From Chrysomallon squamiferum (taxonomy: Eukaryota; Animalia; Mollusca), in NCBI GenBank assembly GCA_012295275.1, contig CM022679.1, positions 31,642,905 through 31,706,904 of the forward strand: a stretch of DNA of 64,000 nt. Direction: 5' to 3'. Positions 44,701 to 59,700 of the stretch are shown here, in pieces. Each line of letters begins with the position of its first letter. The first letter of the stretch is position 1. Both the position numbers and the translations under genes were made by a program. A model generated the notes under the pieces. That model saw nothing but the letters and a program-made list of their open reading frames with translations. It was not told where the DNA came from and did not search any database.

Positions 44701-47700
44701 TTCCCTCTTTCTTAGGTAATTAGTAATGTAGTTATTTACATTGTTACTTGCTGAGGTAACTATTGATGTACTTCGTTGCTTTCTTTCTTAGGTGATTATA
44801 CACACAATTACTGATGTTATATCTTAGTTACATACTTATTTAAGTAATTAGTAGAGTACTTGCTTATTTAGGTAATTATATACCTACTGACTTAAATTCT
44901 TTGTTACTTAGGGAATTATTTAGTATTTACATACTTTCTTTCTTTCTTAGGTAATTGCTAATGTGCTTACTTACATTCTTACTTGCATAGGCAATGTTTT
45001 ACATACTGACTGGCCTTCTTGCTTACTTAGGTAACTATTTACGAAGTTATCATCTTTCTTGCTTAGTTAGCAAAGTACTTATGTACTTACTTGCTTTCAT
45101 GCTTACTTAGTTAATGATTTACGAAATTAACAGGTTCTTTGCTTAGTTAGCTAATTACTTATGTACTTACTTGGTTTCTTTCTTAGTTAGATAATTTTTA
45201 ACGTACATAATTACATTCTCACTTTCTAACGTAATTATTGTCGTTCTTACTTCCTTTCTTGCTTACTTAGGTAATTACAGACGTACTTACTTACATTCTA
45301 TCTTACTTACGTAATTATTTACGTACCTGCCAGCTTACTTCCTTACTTAGGTAATTATTTAAGAAGTTACTTACTTTCTTTCTTACTTAGGTAATTATTT
45401 ACGTACTTATTTACTTTCTTTCTTTCTTAGGTAATTACTAATGTACTTCCTTACGTTCTTAGTTGCTTAGGTAATTATTTACGGACTTAATTACATTATC
45501 ACTTACTTAGGTAATTAAGGACGTACTTACTTCGTTTCTTGCTTACTTAGGTAATTATACACATATTTACTTATATTCTTTCCTTTTTAAGTAGTTATTT
45601 ACGTATCTACTAGCTTACTTGCTTACTTAGGTAATTATTTACGTACTTACTTACTTTCTTTCTTACTTAGGTAATTATTTACGTACTTATTTACTTCCCC
45701 TCTTTCTTAGGTAATTAGTAATGTAGTTATTTACATTCTTAATTGCTGAGGTAACTATTGATGTACTTCGTTGCTTTCTTTCTTAGTTAGGTGATTATAC
45801 ACATAATTACTGATATTATATCTTACTTACATACTTATTTTAGTAATTAGTAGAGTACTTGATTAGTTATGTAATTATATACCTACTGACTTACTTTCTT
45901 TCTTAGTTAGGGAATTATTTAGTATTTACATACTTTCTTTCTTTCTTAGGTAATTGCTAATGTGCTTACTTACATTCTTACTTGCATAGGCAATGTTTTA
46001 CATACTGACTGGCCTTCTTGCTTACTTAGGTAACCATTTACTAAGTTATCATGTTTCTTTCTTAGTTAGCAAAGTACTTATGTACTTACTTGCTTTCATG
46101 CTTACTTAGGTAATGATTTACGAAATTACCAGGTTCTTTGCTTAGTTAGCTAATTACTTATGTACTTACTTGCTTTCTTTCTTAGTTAGATAATTGTTAA
46201 CGTACATAATTACATTCTCACTTTCTAACGTAATTATTGTCGTTCTTACTTCCTTTCTTCTTACTTACTTAGGTAATTACAGACGTACTTACTTACATTC
46301 TATCTTACTTAGGTAATTACTTACGTAGCTGCCAGCTTACTTCCTTACTTAGGTAATTATTTACGTACTTACTTACTTTCTTTCTTACTTAGGTAATTGT
46401 TTACGTACTTATTTACTTTCCCTCTTTCTTAGGTAATTAGTAATGTAGTTATTTACATTCTTACTTGCTGAGGTAACTATTGATGTACTTCGTTGCTTTC
46501 TTTCTTAGGTGATTATACACACAATTACTGATGTTATATCTTACTTACATACTTATTTAAGTAATTAGTAGAGTACTTGCTTACTTAGGTAATTATATAC
46601 CTACTGACTTAAATTCTTTGTTACTTAGGGAATTATTTAGTATTTACATACTTTCTTTCTTTCTTAGGTAATTGCTAATGTGCTTACTTACATTCTTACT
46701 TGCATAGGCAATGTTTTACATACTGACTGGCCTTCTTGCTTACTTAGGTAACTATTTACGAAGTTATCATCTTTCTTGCTTAGTTAGCAAAGTACTTATG
46801 TACTTACTTGCTTTCATGCTTACTTAGTTAATGATTTACGAAATTACCAGGTTCTTTGCTTAGTTAGCTAATTACTTATGTACTTACTTGCTTTCTTTCT
46901 TAGTTAGATAATTGTTAACGTACATAATTACATTCTCACTTTCTAACGTAATTATTGTCGTTCTTACTTCCTTTCTTGCTTACTTAGGTAATTACAGACG
47001 TACTTACTTACATTCTATCTTACTTACGTAATTATTTACGTACCTGCCAGCTTACTTCCTTACTTAGGTAATTATTTAAGAAGTTACTTACTTTCTTTCT
47101 TTCTTAGTTAATTATTTACGTACTTATTTACTTTCTTTCTTTCTTAGGTAATTACTAATGTACTTCCTTACGTTCTTAGTTGCTTAGGTAATTATTTACG
47201 TACTTAATTACATTATCACTTACTTAGGTAATTAAGTACGTACTTACTTCGTTTGTTGCTTACTTAGGTAATTATACACACATTTACTTATATTCTTTCC
47301 TTTTTAAGTAGTTATTTACGTATCTACTAGCTTACCTGCTTACTTAGGTAATTATTTACGAAGTTATCATGTTTCTTGCTTAGTTAGCAAAGTACTTATG
47401 TACTTACTTGCTTTCATGCTTACTTAGGTAATGATTTACGAAATTACCAGGTTCTTTGCTTAGTTAGCTAATTACTTATGCACTTACTTGGTTTCTTTCT
47501 TAGTTAGATAATTGTTAACGTACATAATTACATTCTCACTTTCTAACGTAATTATTGTCGTTCTTACTTCCTTTCTTGCTTACTTAGGTAATTATACACA
47601 TATTTACTTATATTCTTTCCTTTTTAAGTAGTTATTTACGTATCTACTAGCTTACTTGCTTACTTAGGTAATTATTTACGTACTTATTTACTTTCCCTCT

Positions 47701-50700
47701 TTCTTAGGTAATTGGTAATGTAGTTATTTACATTCTTACTTGCTGAGGTAACTATTGATGTACTTCGTTGCTTTCTTTCTTAGTTAGGTGAGTATACACA
47801 TAATTACTGATATTATATCTTACTTACATACTTATTTTAGTAATTAGTAGAGTACTTGATTAGTTATGTAATTATATACCTACTGACTTACTTTCTTTCT
47901 TAGTTAGGGAATTATTTAGTATTTACATACTTTCTTTCTTTCTTGGGTAATTGCTAATGTGCTTACTTACATTCTTACTTGCATAGGCAATGTTTTACAT
48001 ACTGACTGGCCTTCTTGATTACTTAGGTAACCATTTACGAAGTTATCATCTTTCTTGCTTAGTTAGCAAAGTACTTATGTACTTACTTGCTTTCATGCTT
48101 ACTTAGTTAATGATTTACGAAATTACCAGGTTCTTTGCTTAGTTAGCTAATTACTTATGTACTTACTTGCTTTCTTTCTTAGTTAGATAATTGTTAACGT
48201 ACATAATTACATTCTCACTTTCTAACGTAATTATTGTCGTTCTTACTTCCTTTCTTGCTTACTTAGGTAATTACAGACGTACTTACTTACATTCTATCTT
48301 ACTTAGGTAATTATTTACGTACCTGCCAGCTTACTTCCTTACTTAGGTAATTATTTACGTACTTACTTACTTTCTTTCTTACTTAGGTAATTATTTACGT
48401 ACTTATTTACTTTCCCTCTTTCTTAGGTAATTGGTAATGTAGTTATTTACATTCTTACTTGCTGAGGTAACTATTGATGTACTTCGTTGCTTTCTTTCTT
48501 AGGTGATTATACACACAATTACTGATATTATATCTTACATACTTATTTAAGTAATTAGTAGAGTACTTGCTTACTTAGGTAATTATATACCTACTGACTT
48601 AAATTCTTTGTTACTTAGGGTATTATTTAGTATTTACATACTTTCTTTGTTTTGTTAGGTAATTGCTAATGTGCTTACTTACATTCTTACTTGCATAGGC
48701 AATGTTTTACATACTGGCTGGCCTTCTTGCTTACTTAGGTAACTATTTACGAAGTTATCATCTTTCTTGCTTAGTTAGCAAAGTACTTATGTACTTACTT
48801 GCTTTCATGCTTACTTAGTTAATGATTTACGAAATTACCAGGTTCTTTGCTTAGTTAGCTAATTACTTATGTACTTACTTGCTTTCTTTCTTAGTTAGAT
48901 AATTTTTAACGTACATAATTACATTCTCACTTTCTAACGTAATTATTGTCGTTCTTACTTCCTTTCTTGCTTACTTAGGTAATTACAGACGTACTTACTT
49001 ACATTCTATCTTACTTAGGTAATTATTTACGTACCTGCCAGCTTACTTCCTTACTTAGGTAATTATTTAAGAAGTTACTTACTTTCTTTCTTACTTAGGT
49101 AATTATTTACGTACTTATTTACTTTCCCTCTTTCCTAGGTAATTGGTAATGTAGTTATTTACATTCTTACTTGCTGAGGTAACTATTGATGTACTTCGTT
49201 GCTTTCTTTCTTAGGTGATTATACACACAATTACTGATATTATATCTTACATACTTATTTAAGTAATTAGTAGAGTACTTGCTTACTTAGGTAATTATAT
49301 ACCTACTGACTTAAATTCTTTGTTACTTAGGGTATTATTTAGTATTTACATACTTTCTTTGTTTTGTTAGGTAATTGCTAATGTGCTTACTTACATTCTT
49401 ACTTGCATAGGCAATGTTTTACATACTGGCTGGCCTTCTTGCTTACTTAGGTAACTATTTACGAAGTTATCATCTTTCTTGCTTAGTTAGCAAAGTACTT
49501 ATGTACTTACTTGCTTTCATGCTTACTTAGTTAATGATTTACGAAATTACCAGGTTCTTTGCTTAGTTAGCTAATTACTTATGTACTTACTTGCTTTCTT
49601 TCTTAGTTAGATAATTGTTAACGTACATAATTACATTCTCACTTTCTAACGTAATTATTGTCGTTCTTACTTCCTTTCTTGCTTACTTAGGTAATTACAG
49701 ACGTACTTACTTACATTCTATCTTACTTAGGTAATTATTTACGTACCTGCCAGCTTACTTCCTTACTTAGGTAATTATTTACGTACTTACTTACTTTCTT
49801 TCTTACTTAGGTAATTATTTACGTACTTATTTACTTTCCCTCTTTCCTAGGTAATTGGTAATGTAGTTATTTACATTCTTACTTGCTGAGGTAACTATTG
49901 ATGTACTTCGTTGCTTTCTTTCTTAGGTGATTATACACACAATTACTGATATTATATCTTACATACTTATTTAAGTAATTAGTAGAGTACTTGCTTACTT
50001 AGGTAATTATATACCTACTGACTTAAATTCTTTGTTACTTAGGGTATTATTTAGTATTTACATACTTTCTTTGTTTTGTTAGGTAATTGGTAATGTGCTT
50101 ACTTACATTCTTACTTGCATAGGCAATGTTTTACATACTGGCTGGCCTTCTTGCTTACTTAGGTAACTATTTACGAAGTTATCATCTTTCTTGCTTAGTT
50201 AGCAAAGTACTTATGTACTTACTTGCTTTCATGCTTACTTAGTTAATGATTTACGAAATTATCAGGTTCTTTGCTTAGTTAGCTAATTACTTATGTACTT
50301 ACTTGCTTTCTTTCTTAGTTAGATAATTTTTAACGTACATAATTACATTCTCACTTTCTAACGTAATTATTGTCGTTCTTACTTCCTTTCTTGCTTACTT
50401 AGGTAATTACTGACGTACTTACTTACATTCTATCTTACTTACGTAATTATTTACGTACCTGCCAGCTTACTTCCTTACTTAGGTAATTATTTAAGAAGTT
50501 ACTTACTTTCTTTCTTACTTAGGTAATTATTTACGTACTTATTTACTTTCTTTCTTTCTTAGGTAATTACTGATGTACATCCTTACGTTCTTAGTTGCTT
50601 AGGTAATTATTTACGTACTTACTTCGTTTCTTGCTTACTTAGGTAATTATACACATATTTACTTATATTCTTTCCTTTTTAAGTAGTTATTTACGTATCT

Positions 50701-53700
50701 ACTAGCTTACTTGCTTACTTAGGTAATTATTTACGTACTTACTTACTTTCTTTCTTACTTAGGTAATTATTTACGTACTTATTTACTTCCCGTCTTTCTT
50801 AGATAATTAGTAATGTAGTTATTTACATTCTTAATTGCTGAGGTAACTATTGATGTACTTCGTTGCTTTCTTTCTTAGTTATGTGATTATACACATAATT
50901 ACTGATATTATATCTTACTTACATACTTATTTTAGTAATTAGTAGAGTACTTGATTAGTTATGTAATTATATACCTACTGACTTACTTTCTTTCTTAGTT
51001 AGGGAATTATTTAGTATTTACATACTTTCTTTCTTTCTTAGGTAATTGCTAATGTGCTTACTTACATTCTTACTTGCATAGGCAATGTTTTACATACTGA
51101 CTGGCCTTCTTGCTTACTTAGGTAACCATTTACGAAGTTATCATGTTTCTTGCTTAGTTAGCAAAGTACTTATGTACTTACTTGCTTTCATGCTTACTTA
51201 GGTAATGATTTACGAAATTACCAGGTTCTTTGCTTAGTTAGCTAGTTACTTATGTACTTACTTGCTTTCTTTCTTAGTTAGATAATTGTTAACGTACATA
51301 ATTACATTCTCACTTTCTAACGTAATTATTGTCGTTCTTACTTCCTTTCTTCCTTACTTAGGTGATTACAGACGTACTTACTTACATTCAATCTTACTTA
51401 GGTAATTACTTACGTAGCTGCCAGCTTACTTCCTTACTTAGGTAATTATTTACGTACTTACTTACTTTCTTTCTTACTTAGGTAATTGTTTACGTACTTA
51501 TTTACTTTCCCTCTTTCTTAGGTAATTAGTAATGTAGTTATTTACATTCTTACTTGCTGAGGTAACTATTGATGTACTTCGTTGCTTTCTTTCTTAGGTG
51601 ATTATACACACAATTACTGATGTTATATCTTACTTACATACTTATTTAAGTAATTAGTAGAGTACTTGCTTACTTAGGTAATTATATACCTACTGACTTA
51701 AATTCTTTGTTACTTAGGGAATTATTTAGTATTTACATACTTTCTTTCTTTCTTAGGTAATTGCTAATGTGCTTACTTGCATGCATAGGCAATGTTTTAC
51801 ATACTGACTGGCCTTCTTGCTTACTTAGGTAACCATTTACGAAGTTATCATCTTTCTTGCTTAGTTAGCAAAGTACTTATGTACTTACTTGCTTTCATGC
51901 TTACTTAGTTAATGATTTACGAAATTACCAGGTTCTTTGCTTAGTTAGCTAATTACTTATGTACTTACTTGCTTTCTTTCTTAGTTAGATAATTGTTAAC
52001 GTACATAATTACATTCTCACTTTCTAACGTAATTATTGTCGTTCTTACTTCCTTTCTTGCTTACTTAGGTAATTACAGACGTACTTACTTACATTCTATC
52101 TTACTTAGGTAATTATTTACGTACCTGCCAGCTTACTTCCTTACTTAGGTAATTATTTACGTACTTACTTACTTTCTTTCTTACTTAGGTAATTATTTAC
52201 GTACTTATTTACTTTCCCTCTTTCTTAGGTAATTGGTAATGTAGTTATTTACATTCTTACTTGCTGAGGTAACTATTGATGTACTTCGTTGCTTTCTTTC
52301 TTAGGTGATTATACAAACAATTACTGATATTATATCTTACATACTTATTTAAGTAATTAGTAGAGTACTTGCTTACTTAGGTAATTATATACCTACTGAC
52401 TTAAATTCTTTGTTACTTAGGGAATTATTTAGTATTTACATACTTTCTTTGTTTTGTTAGGTAATTGCTAATGTGCTTACTCACATTCTTACTTGCATAG
52501 GCAATGTTTTACATACTGGCTGGCCTTCTTGCTTACTTAGGTAACTATTTACGAAGTTATCATCTTTCTTGCTTAGTTAGCAAAGTACTTATGTACTTAC
52601 TTGCTTTCATGCTTACTTAGTTAATGATTTACGAAATTACCAGGTTCTTTGCTTAGTTAGCTAATTACTTATGTACTTACTTGCTTTCTTTCTTAGTTAG
52701 ATAATTGTTAACGTACATAATTACATTCTCACTTTCTAACGTAATTATTGTCGTTCTTACTTCCTTTCTTGCTTACTTAGGTAATTACAGACGTACTTAC
52801 TTACATTCTATCTTACTTACGTAATTATTTACGTACCTGCCAGCTTACTTCCTTACTTAGGTAATTATTTAAGAAGTTACTTACTTTCTTTCTTTCTTAG
52901 TTAATTATTTACGTACTTATTTACTTTCTTTCTTTCTTAGGTAATTACTAATGTACTTCCTTACGTTCTTAGTTGCTTAGGTAATTATTTACGTACTTAA
53001 TTACATTATCACTTACTTAGGTAATTAAGTACGTACTTACTTCGTTTGTTGCTTACTTAGGTAATTATACACATATTTACTTATATTCTTTCCTTTTTAA
53101 GTAGTTATTTACGTATCTACTAGCTTACCTGCTTACTTAGGTAATTATTTACGAAGTTATCATGTTTCTTGCTTAGTTAGCAAAGTACTTATGTACTTAC
53201 TTCCTTTCTTGCTTACTTAGGTAATTATACACATATTTACTTATATTCTTTCCTTTTTAAGTAGTTATTTACGTATCTACTAGCTTACTTGCTTACTTAG
53301 GTAATTATTTACGTACTTATTTACTTTCCCTCTTTCTTAGGTAATTGGTAATGTAGTTATTTACATTCTTACTTGCTGAGGTAACTATTGATGTACTTCG
53401 TTGCTTTCTTTCTTAGTTAGGTGAGTATACACATAATTACTGATATTATATCTTACTTACATACTTATTTTAGTAATTAGTAGAGTACTTGATTAGTTAT
53501 GTAATTATATACCTACTGACTTACTTTCTTTCTTAGTTAGGGAATTATTTAGTATTTACATACTTTCTTTCTTTCTTGGGTAATTGCTAATGTGCTTACT
53601 TACATTCTTACTTGCATAGGCAATGTTTTACATACTGACTGGCCTTCTTGATTACTTAGGTAACCATTTACGAAGTTATCATCTTTCTTGCTTAGTTAGC

Positions 53701-56700
53701 AAAGTACTTATGTACTTACTTGCTTTCATGCTTACTTAGTTAATGATTTACGAAATTACCAGGTTCTTTGCTTAGTTAGCTAATTACTTATGTACTTACT
53801 TGCTTTCTTTCTTAGTTAGATAATTGTTAACGTACATAATTACATTCTCACTTTCTAACGTAATTATTGTCGTTCTTACTTCCTTTCTTGCTTACTTAGG
53901 TAATTACAGACGTACTTACTTACATTCTATCTTACTTAGGTAATTATTTACGTACCTGCCAGCTTACTTCCTTACTTAGGTAATTATTTACGTACTTACT
54001 TACTTTCTTTCTTACTTAGGTAATTATTTACGTACTTATTTACTTTCTTTCTTTCTTAGGTAATTACTAATGTACTTCCTTACGTTCTTAGTTGCTTAGG
54101 TAATTATTTACGTACTTAATTACATTATCACTTACTTAGGTAATTAAGGACGTACTCACTTCGTTTCTTGCTTACTTAGGTAATTATACACATATTTACT
54201 TATATTCTTTCCTTTTTAAGTAGTTATTTACGTATCTACTAGCTTACTTGCTTACTTAGGTAATTATTTACGTACTTACTTACTTTCTTTCTTACTTAGG
54301 TAATTATTTACGTACTTATTTACTTCCCCTCTTTCTTAGGTAATTAGTAATGTAGTTATTTACATTCTTAATTGCTGAGGTAACTATTGATGTACTTCGT
54401 TGCTTTCTTTCTTAGTTAGGTGATTATACACATAATTACTGATATTATATCTTACTTACATACTTATTTTAGTAATTAGTAGAGTACTTGATTAGTTATG
54501 TAATTATATACCTACTGACTTACTTTTCTTTCTTAGTTAGGGAATTATTTAGTATTTACATACATTCTTTCTTTCTTAGGTAATTGCTAATGTGCTTACT
54601 TACATTCTTACTTGCATAGGCAATGTTTTACATACTGACAGGCCTTCTTGCTTACTTAGGTAACCATTTACAGAAGTTATCATGTTTCTTGCTTAGTTAG
54701 CAAAGTACTTATGTACTTACTTGCTTTCATGCTTACTTAGGTAATGATTTACGAAATTACCAGGTTCTTTGCTTAGTTAGCTAATTACTTATGTACTTAC
54801 TTGCTTTCTTTCTTAGTTAGATAATTGTTAACGTACATAATTACATTCTCACTTTCTAACGTAATTATTGTCGTTCTTACTTCCTTTCTTCCTTACTTAG
54901 GTGATTACAGACATACTTACTTACATTCAATCTTTCTTAGGTAATTACTTACGTAGCTGCCACCTTACTTCCTTACTTAGGTAATTATTTACGTACTTAC
55001 TTACTTTCTTTCTTACTTAGGTAATTGTTTACGTACTTATTTACTTTCCCTCTTTCTTAGGTAATTAATAATGTAGTTATTTACATTCTTACTTGCTGAG
55101 GTAACTATTGATGTACTTCGTTGCTTTCTTTCTTAGGTGATTATACACACAATTACTGATGTTATATCTTACTTACATACTTATTTAAGTAATTAGTAGA
55201 GTACTTGCTTACTTAGGTAATTATATACCTACTGACTTAAATTCTTTGTTACTTAGGGAATTATTTAGTATTTACATACTTTCTTTCTTTCTTAGGTAAT
55301 TGCTAATGTGCTTACTTACATTCTTACTTGCATAGGCAATGTTTTTTATACTGACTGGCCTTCTTGCTTACTTAGGTAACCATTTACAAGTTATCATGTT
55401 TCTTGCTTAGTTAGCAAAGTACTTATGTACTTACTTGCTTTCATGCTTACTTAGGTAATGATTTACGAAATTACCAGGTTCTTTGCTTAGTTAGCTAATT
55501 ACTTATGTACTTACTTGCTTTCTTTCTTAGTTAGATAATTGTTAACGTACATAATTACATTCTCACTTTCTAACGTAATTATTGTCGTTCTTACTCCCTT
55601 TCTTGCTTACTTAGGTAATTATATACCTACTGACTTAAATTCTTTGTGACTTAGGGAATTATTTAGTATTTACATACTTTCTTTGTTTTGTTACGAAATT
55701 GCTAATGTGCTTACTTACATTCTTACTTGCATAGGCAATGTTTTACATACTGACTGGCCTTCTTGCTTACTTAGGTAACTATTTACGAAGTTATCATCTT
55801 TCTTGCTTAGTTAGCAAAGTACTTATGTACTTACTTGCTTTCATGCTTACTTAGTTAACGATTTACGAAATTACCAGGTTCTTTGCTTAGCTAATTACTT
55901 ATGTACTTACTTGCTTTCTTTCTTAGTTAGATAATTTTTAACGTACATAATTACATTCTCACTTTCTAACGTAATTATTGTCGTTCTTACTTCCTGTCTT
56001 GCTTACTTAGGTAATTACAGACGTACTTACTTACATTCTTACTTACGTAATTATTTACGTACCTGCCAGCTTACTTCCTTACTTAGGTAATTATTTAAGA
56101 AGTTACTTACTTTCTTTCTTACTTAGGTAATTATTTACGTACTTATTTATTTCTTTCTTTCTTAGGTAATTACTAATGTACTTCCTTACGTTCTTAGTTG
56201 CTTAGGTAATTATTTACGTACTTAATTACATTATCACTTACTTAGGTAATTAAGGACGTACTTACTTCGTTTGTTACTTACTTATGTAATTATACACATA
56301 TTTACTTATATTCTTTCCTTTTTAAGTAGTTATTTACGTATCTACTAGCTTACTTGCTTACTTAGGTAATTATTTACGTACTTACTTACTTTCTTTCTTA
56401 CTTAGGTAATTATTTACGTACTTATTTACTTCCCCTCTTTCTTAGGTAATTAGTAATGTAGTTATTTACATTCTTAATTGCTGAGGTAACTATTGATGTA
56501 CTTCGTTGCTTTCTTTCTTAGTTAGGTGATTATACACATAATTACTGATATTATATCTTACTTACATACTTATTTTAGTAATTAGTAGAGTACTTGATTA
56601 GTTATGTAATTATATACCTACTGACTTACTTTCTTTCTTAGTTAGGGAATTATTTAGTATTTACATACTTTCTTTCTTTCTTAGGTAATTGCTAATGTGC

Positions 56701-59700
56701 TTACTTACATTCTTACTTGCATAGGCAATGTTTTACATACTGACTGGCCTTCTTGCTTACTTAGGTAACCATTTACGAAGTTATCATGTTTCTTGCTTAG
56801 TTAGCAAAGTACTTATGTACTTACTTGCTTTCATGCTTACTTAGGTAATGATTTACGAAATTACCAGGTTCTTTGCTTAGTTAGCTAATTACTTATGTAC
56901 TTACTTGCTTTCTTTCTTACTTAGATAATTGTTAACGTACATAATTACATTCTCACTTTCTAACGTAATTATTGTCGTTCTTACTTCCTTTCTTGCTTAC
57001 TTAGGTAATTACAGACGTACTTACTTACATTCAATCTTACTTAGGTAATTACTTACGTAGCTGCCAGCTTACTTCCTTACTTAGGTAATTATTTACTTAC
57101 TTACTTACTTTCTTTCTTACTTAGGTAATTGTTTACGTACTTATTTACTTTCCCTCTTTCTTAGGTAATTAGTAATGTAGTTATTTACATTCTTACTTGC
57201 TGAGGTAACTATTGATGTACTTCGTTGCTTTCTTTGTTAGGTGATTATACACACAATTACTGATGTTATATCTTACTTACATACTTATTTAAGTAATTAG
57301 TAGAGTACTTGCTTACTTAGGTAATTATATACCTACTGACTTAAATTCTTTGTTACTTAGGGAATTATTTAGTATTTACATACTTTCTTTCTTTCTTAGG
57401 TAATTGCTAATGTGCTTACTTACATTCTTACTTGCATAGGCAATGTTTTACATACTGACTGGCCTTCTTGCTTACTTAGGTAACCATTTTCGAAGTTATC
57501 ATGTTTCTTGCTTAGTTAGCAAAGTACTTATGTACTTACTTGCTTTCATGCTTACTTAGGTAATGATTTACGAAATTACCAGGTTCTTTGCTTAGTTAGC
57601 TAATTACTTATGTACTTACTTGCTTTCTTTCTTAGTTAGATAATTGTTAACGTACATAATTACATTCTCACTTTCTAACGTAATTATTGTCGTTCTTACT
57701 TCCTTTCTTGCTTACTTAGGTAATTATATACCTACTGACTTAAATTCTTTGTGACTTAGGGGAATTATTTAGTATTTACATACTTTCTTTGTTTTGTTAG
57801 GAAATTGCTAATGTGCTTACTTACATTCTTACTTGCATAGGCAATGTTTTACATACTGACTGGCCTTCTTGCTTACTTAGGTAACTATTTACGAAGTTAT
57901 CATCTTTCTTGCTTAGTTAGCAAAGTACTTATGTACTTACTTGCTTTCATGCTTACTTAGTTAACGATTTACGAAATTACCAGGTTCTTTGCTTAGCTAA
58001 TTACTTATGTACTTACTTGCTTTCTTTCTTAGTTAGATAATTTTTAACGTACATAATTACATTCTCACTTTCTAACGTAATTATTGTCGTTCTTACTTCC
58101 TTTCTTGCTTACTTAGGTAATTACAGACGTACTTACTTACATTCTATCTTACTTACGTAATTATTTACGTACCTGCCAGCTTACTTCCTTACTTAGGTAA
58201 TTATTTAAGAAGTTACTTACTTTCTTTCTTACTTAGGTAATTATTTACGTACTTATTTACTTTCTCTCTTTCTTAGGTAATTACTAATGTACTTCCTTAC
58301 GTTCTTAGTTGGTTAGGTAATTATTTACGTACTTACTTCGTTTCTTGCTTACTTAGGTAATTATACACATATTTACTTATATTCTTTCCTTTTTAAGTAG
58401 TTATTTACGTATCTACTAGCTTACTTGCTTACTTAGGTAATTATTTACGTACTTACTTACTTTCTTTCTTACTTAGGTAATTATTTACGTACTTATTTTA
58501 CTTCCCCTTTCTTAGGTAATTAGTAATGTAGTTATTTACATTCTTAATTGCTGAGGTAACTATTGATGTACTTCGTTGCTTTCTTTCTTAGTTAGGTGAT
58601 TATACACATAATTACTGATATTATATCTTACTTACATACTTATTTTAGTAATTAGTAGAGTACTTGATTAGTTATGTAATTATATACCTACTGACTTAAA
58701 TTCTTTGTTACTTAGGGGAATTATTTAGTATTTACATACTTTCTTTCTTTTGTTAGGTAATTGCTAATGTGCTTTACTTACATTCTTACTTGCATAGGCA
58801 ATGTTTTACATACTGACTGGCCTTCTTGCTTACTTAGGTAACCATTTACGAAGTTATCATGTTTCTTGCTTAGTTAGCAAAGTACTTATGTACTTACTTG
58901 CTTTCATGCTTACTTAGGTAATGATTTACGAAATTACCAGGTTCGTTGCTTAGTTAGCTAATTACTTATGTACTTACTTGCTTTCTTTCTTAGTTAGATA
59001 ATTGTTAACGTACATAATTACATTCTCACTTTCTAACGTAATTATTGTCGTTCTTACTTCCTTTCTTCCTTACTTAGGTGATTACAGACGTACTTACTTA
59101 CATTCAATCTTACTTAGGTAATTACTTACGTAGCTTCCAGCTTACTTCCTTACTTAGGTAATTATTTACGTACTTACTTACTTTCTTTCTTACTTAGGTA
59201 ATTGTTTACGTACTTATTTACTTTCCCTCTTTCTTAGGTAATTAGTAATGTAGTTATTTACATTCTTACTTGCTGAGGTAACTATTGATGTACTTCGTTG
59301 CTTTCTTTCTTAGTTAGGTGATTATACACATAATTACTGATATTATATCTTACTTACATACTTATTTTAGTAATTAGTAGAGTACTTGATTAGTTATGTA
59401 ATTATATACCTACTGACTTACTTTCTTTCTTAGTTAGGGAATTATTTAGTATTTACATACTTTCTTTCTTTCTTAGGTAATTGCTAATGTGCTTACTTAC
59501 ATTCTTACTTGCATAGGCAATGTTTTACATACTGACAGGCCTTCTTCCTTACTTAGGTAACCATTTACGAAGTTATCATCTTTCTTGCTTAGTTAGCAAA
59601 GTACTTATGTACTTACTTGCTTTCATGCTTACTTAGTTAATGATTTACGAAATTACCAGGTTCTTTGCTTAGTTAGCTAATTACTTATGTACTTACTTGC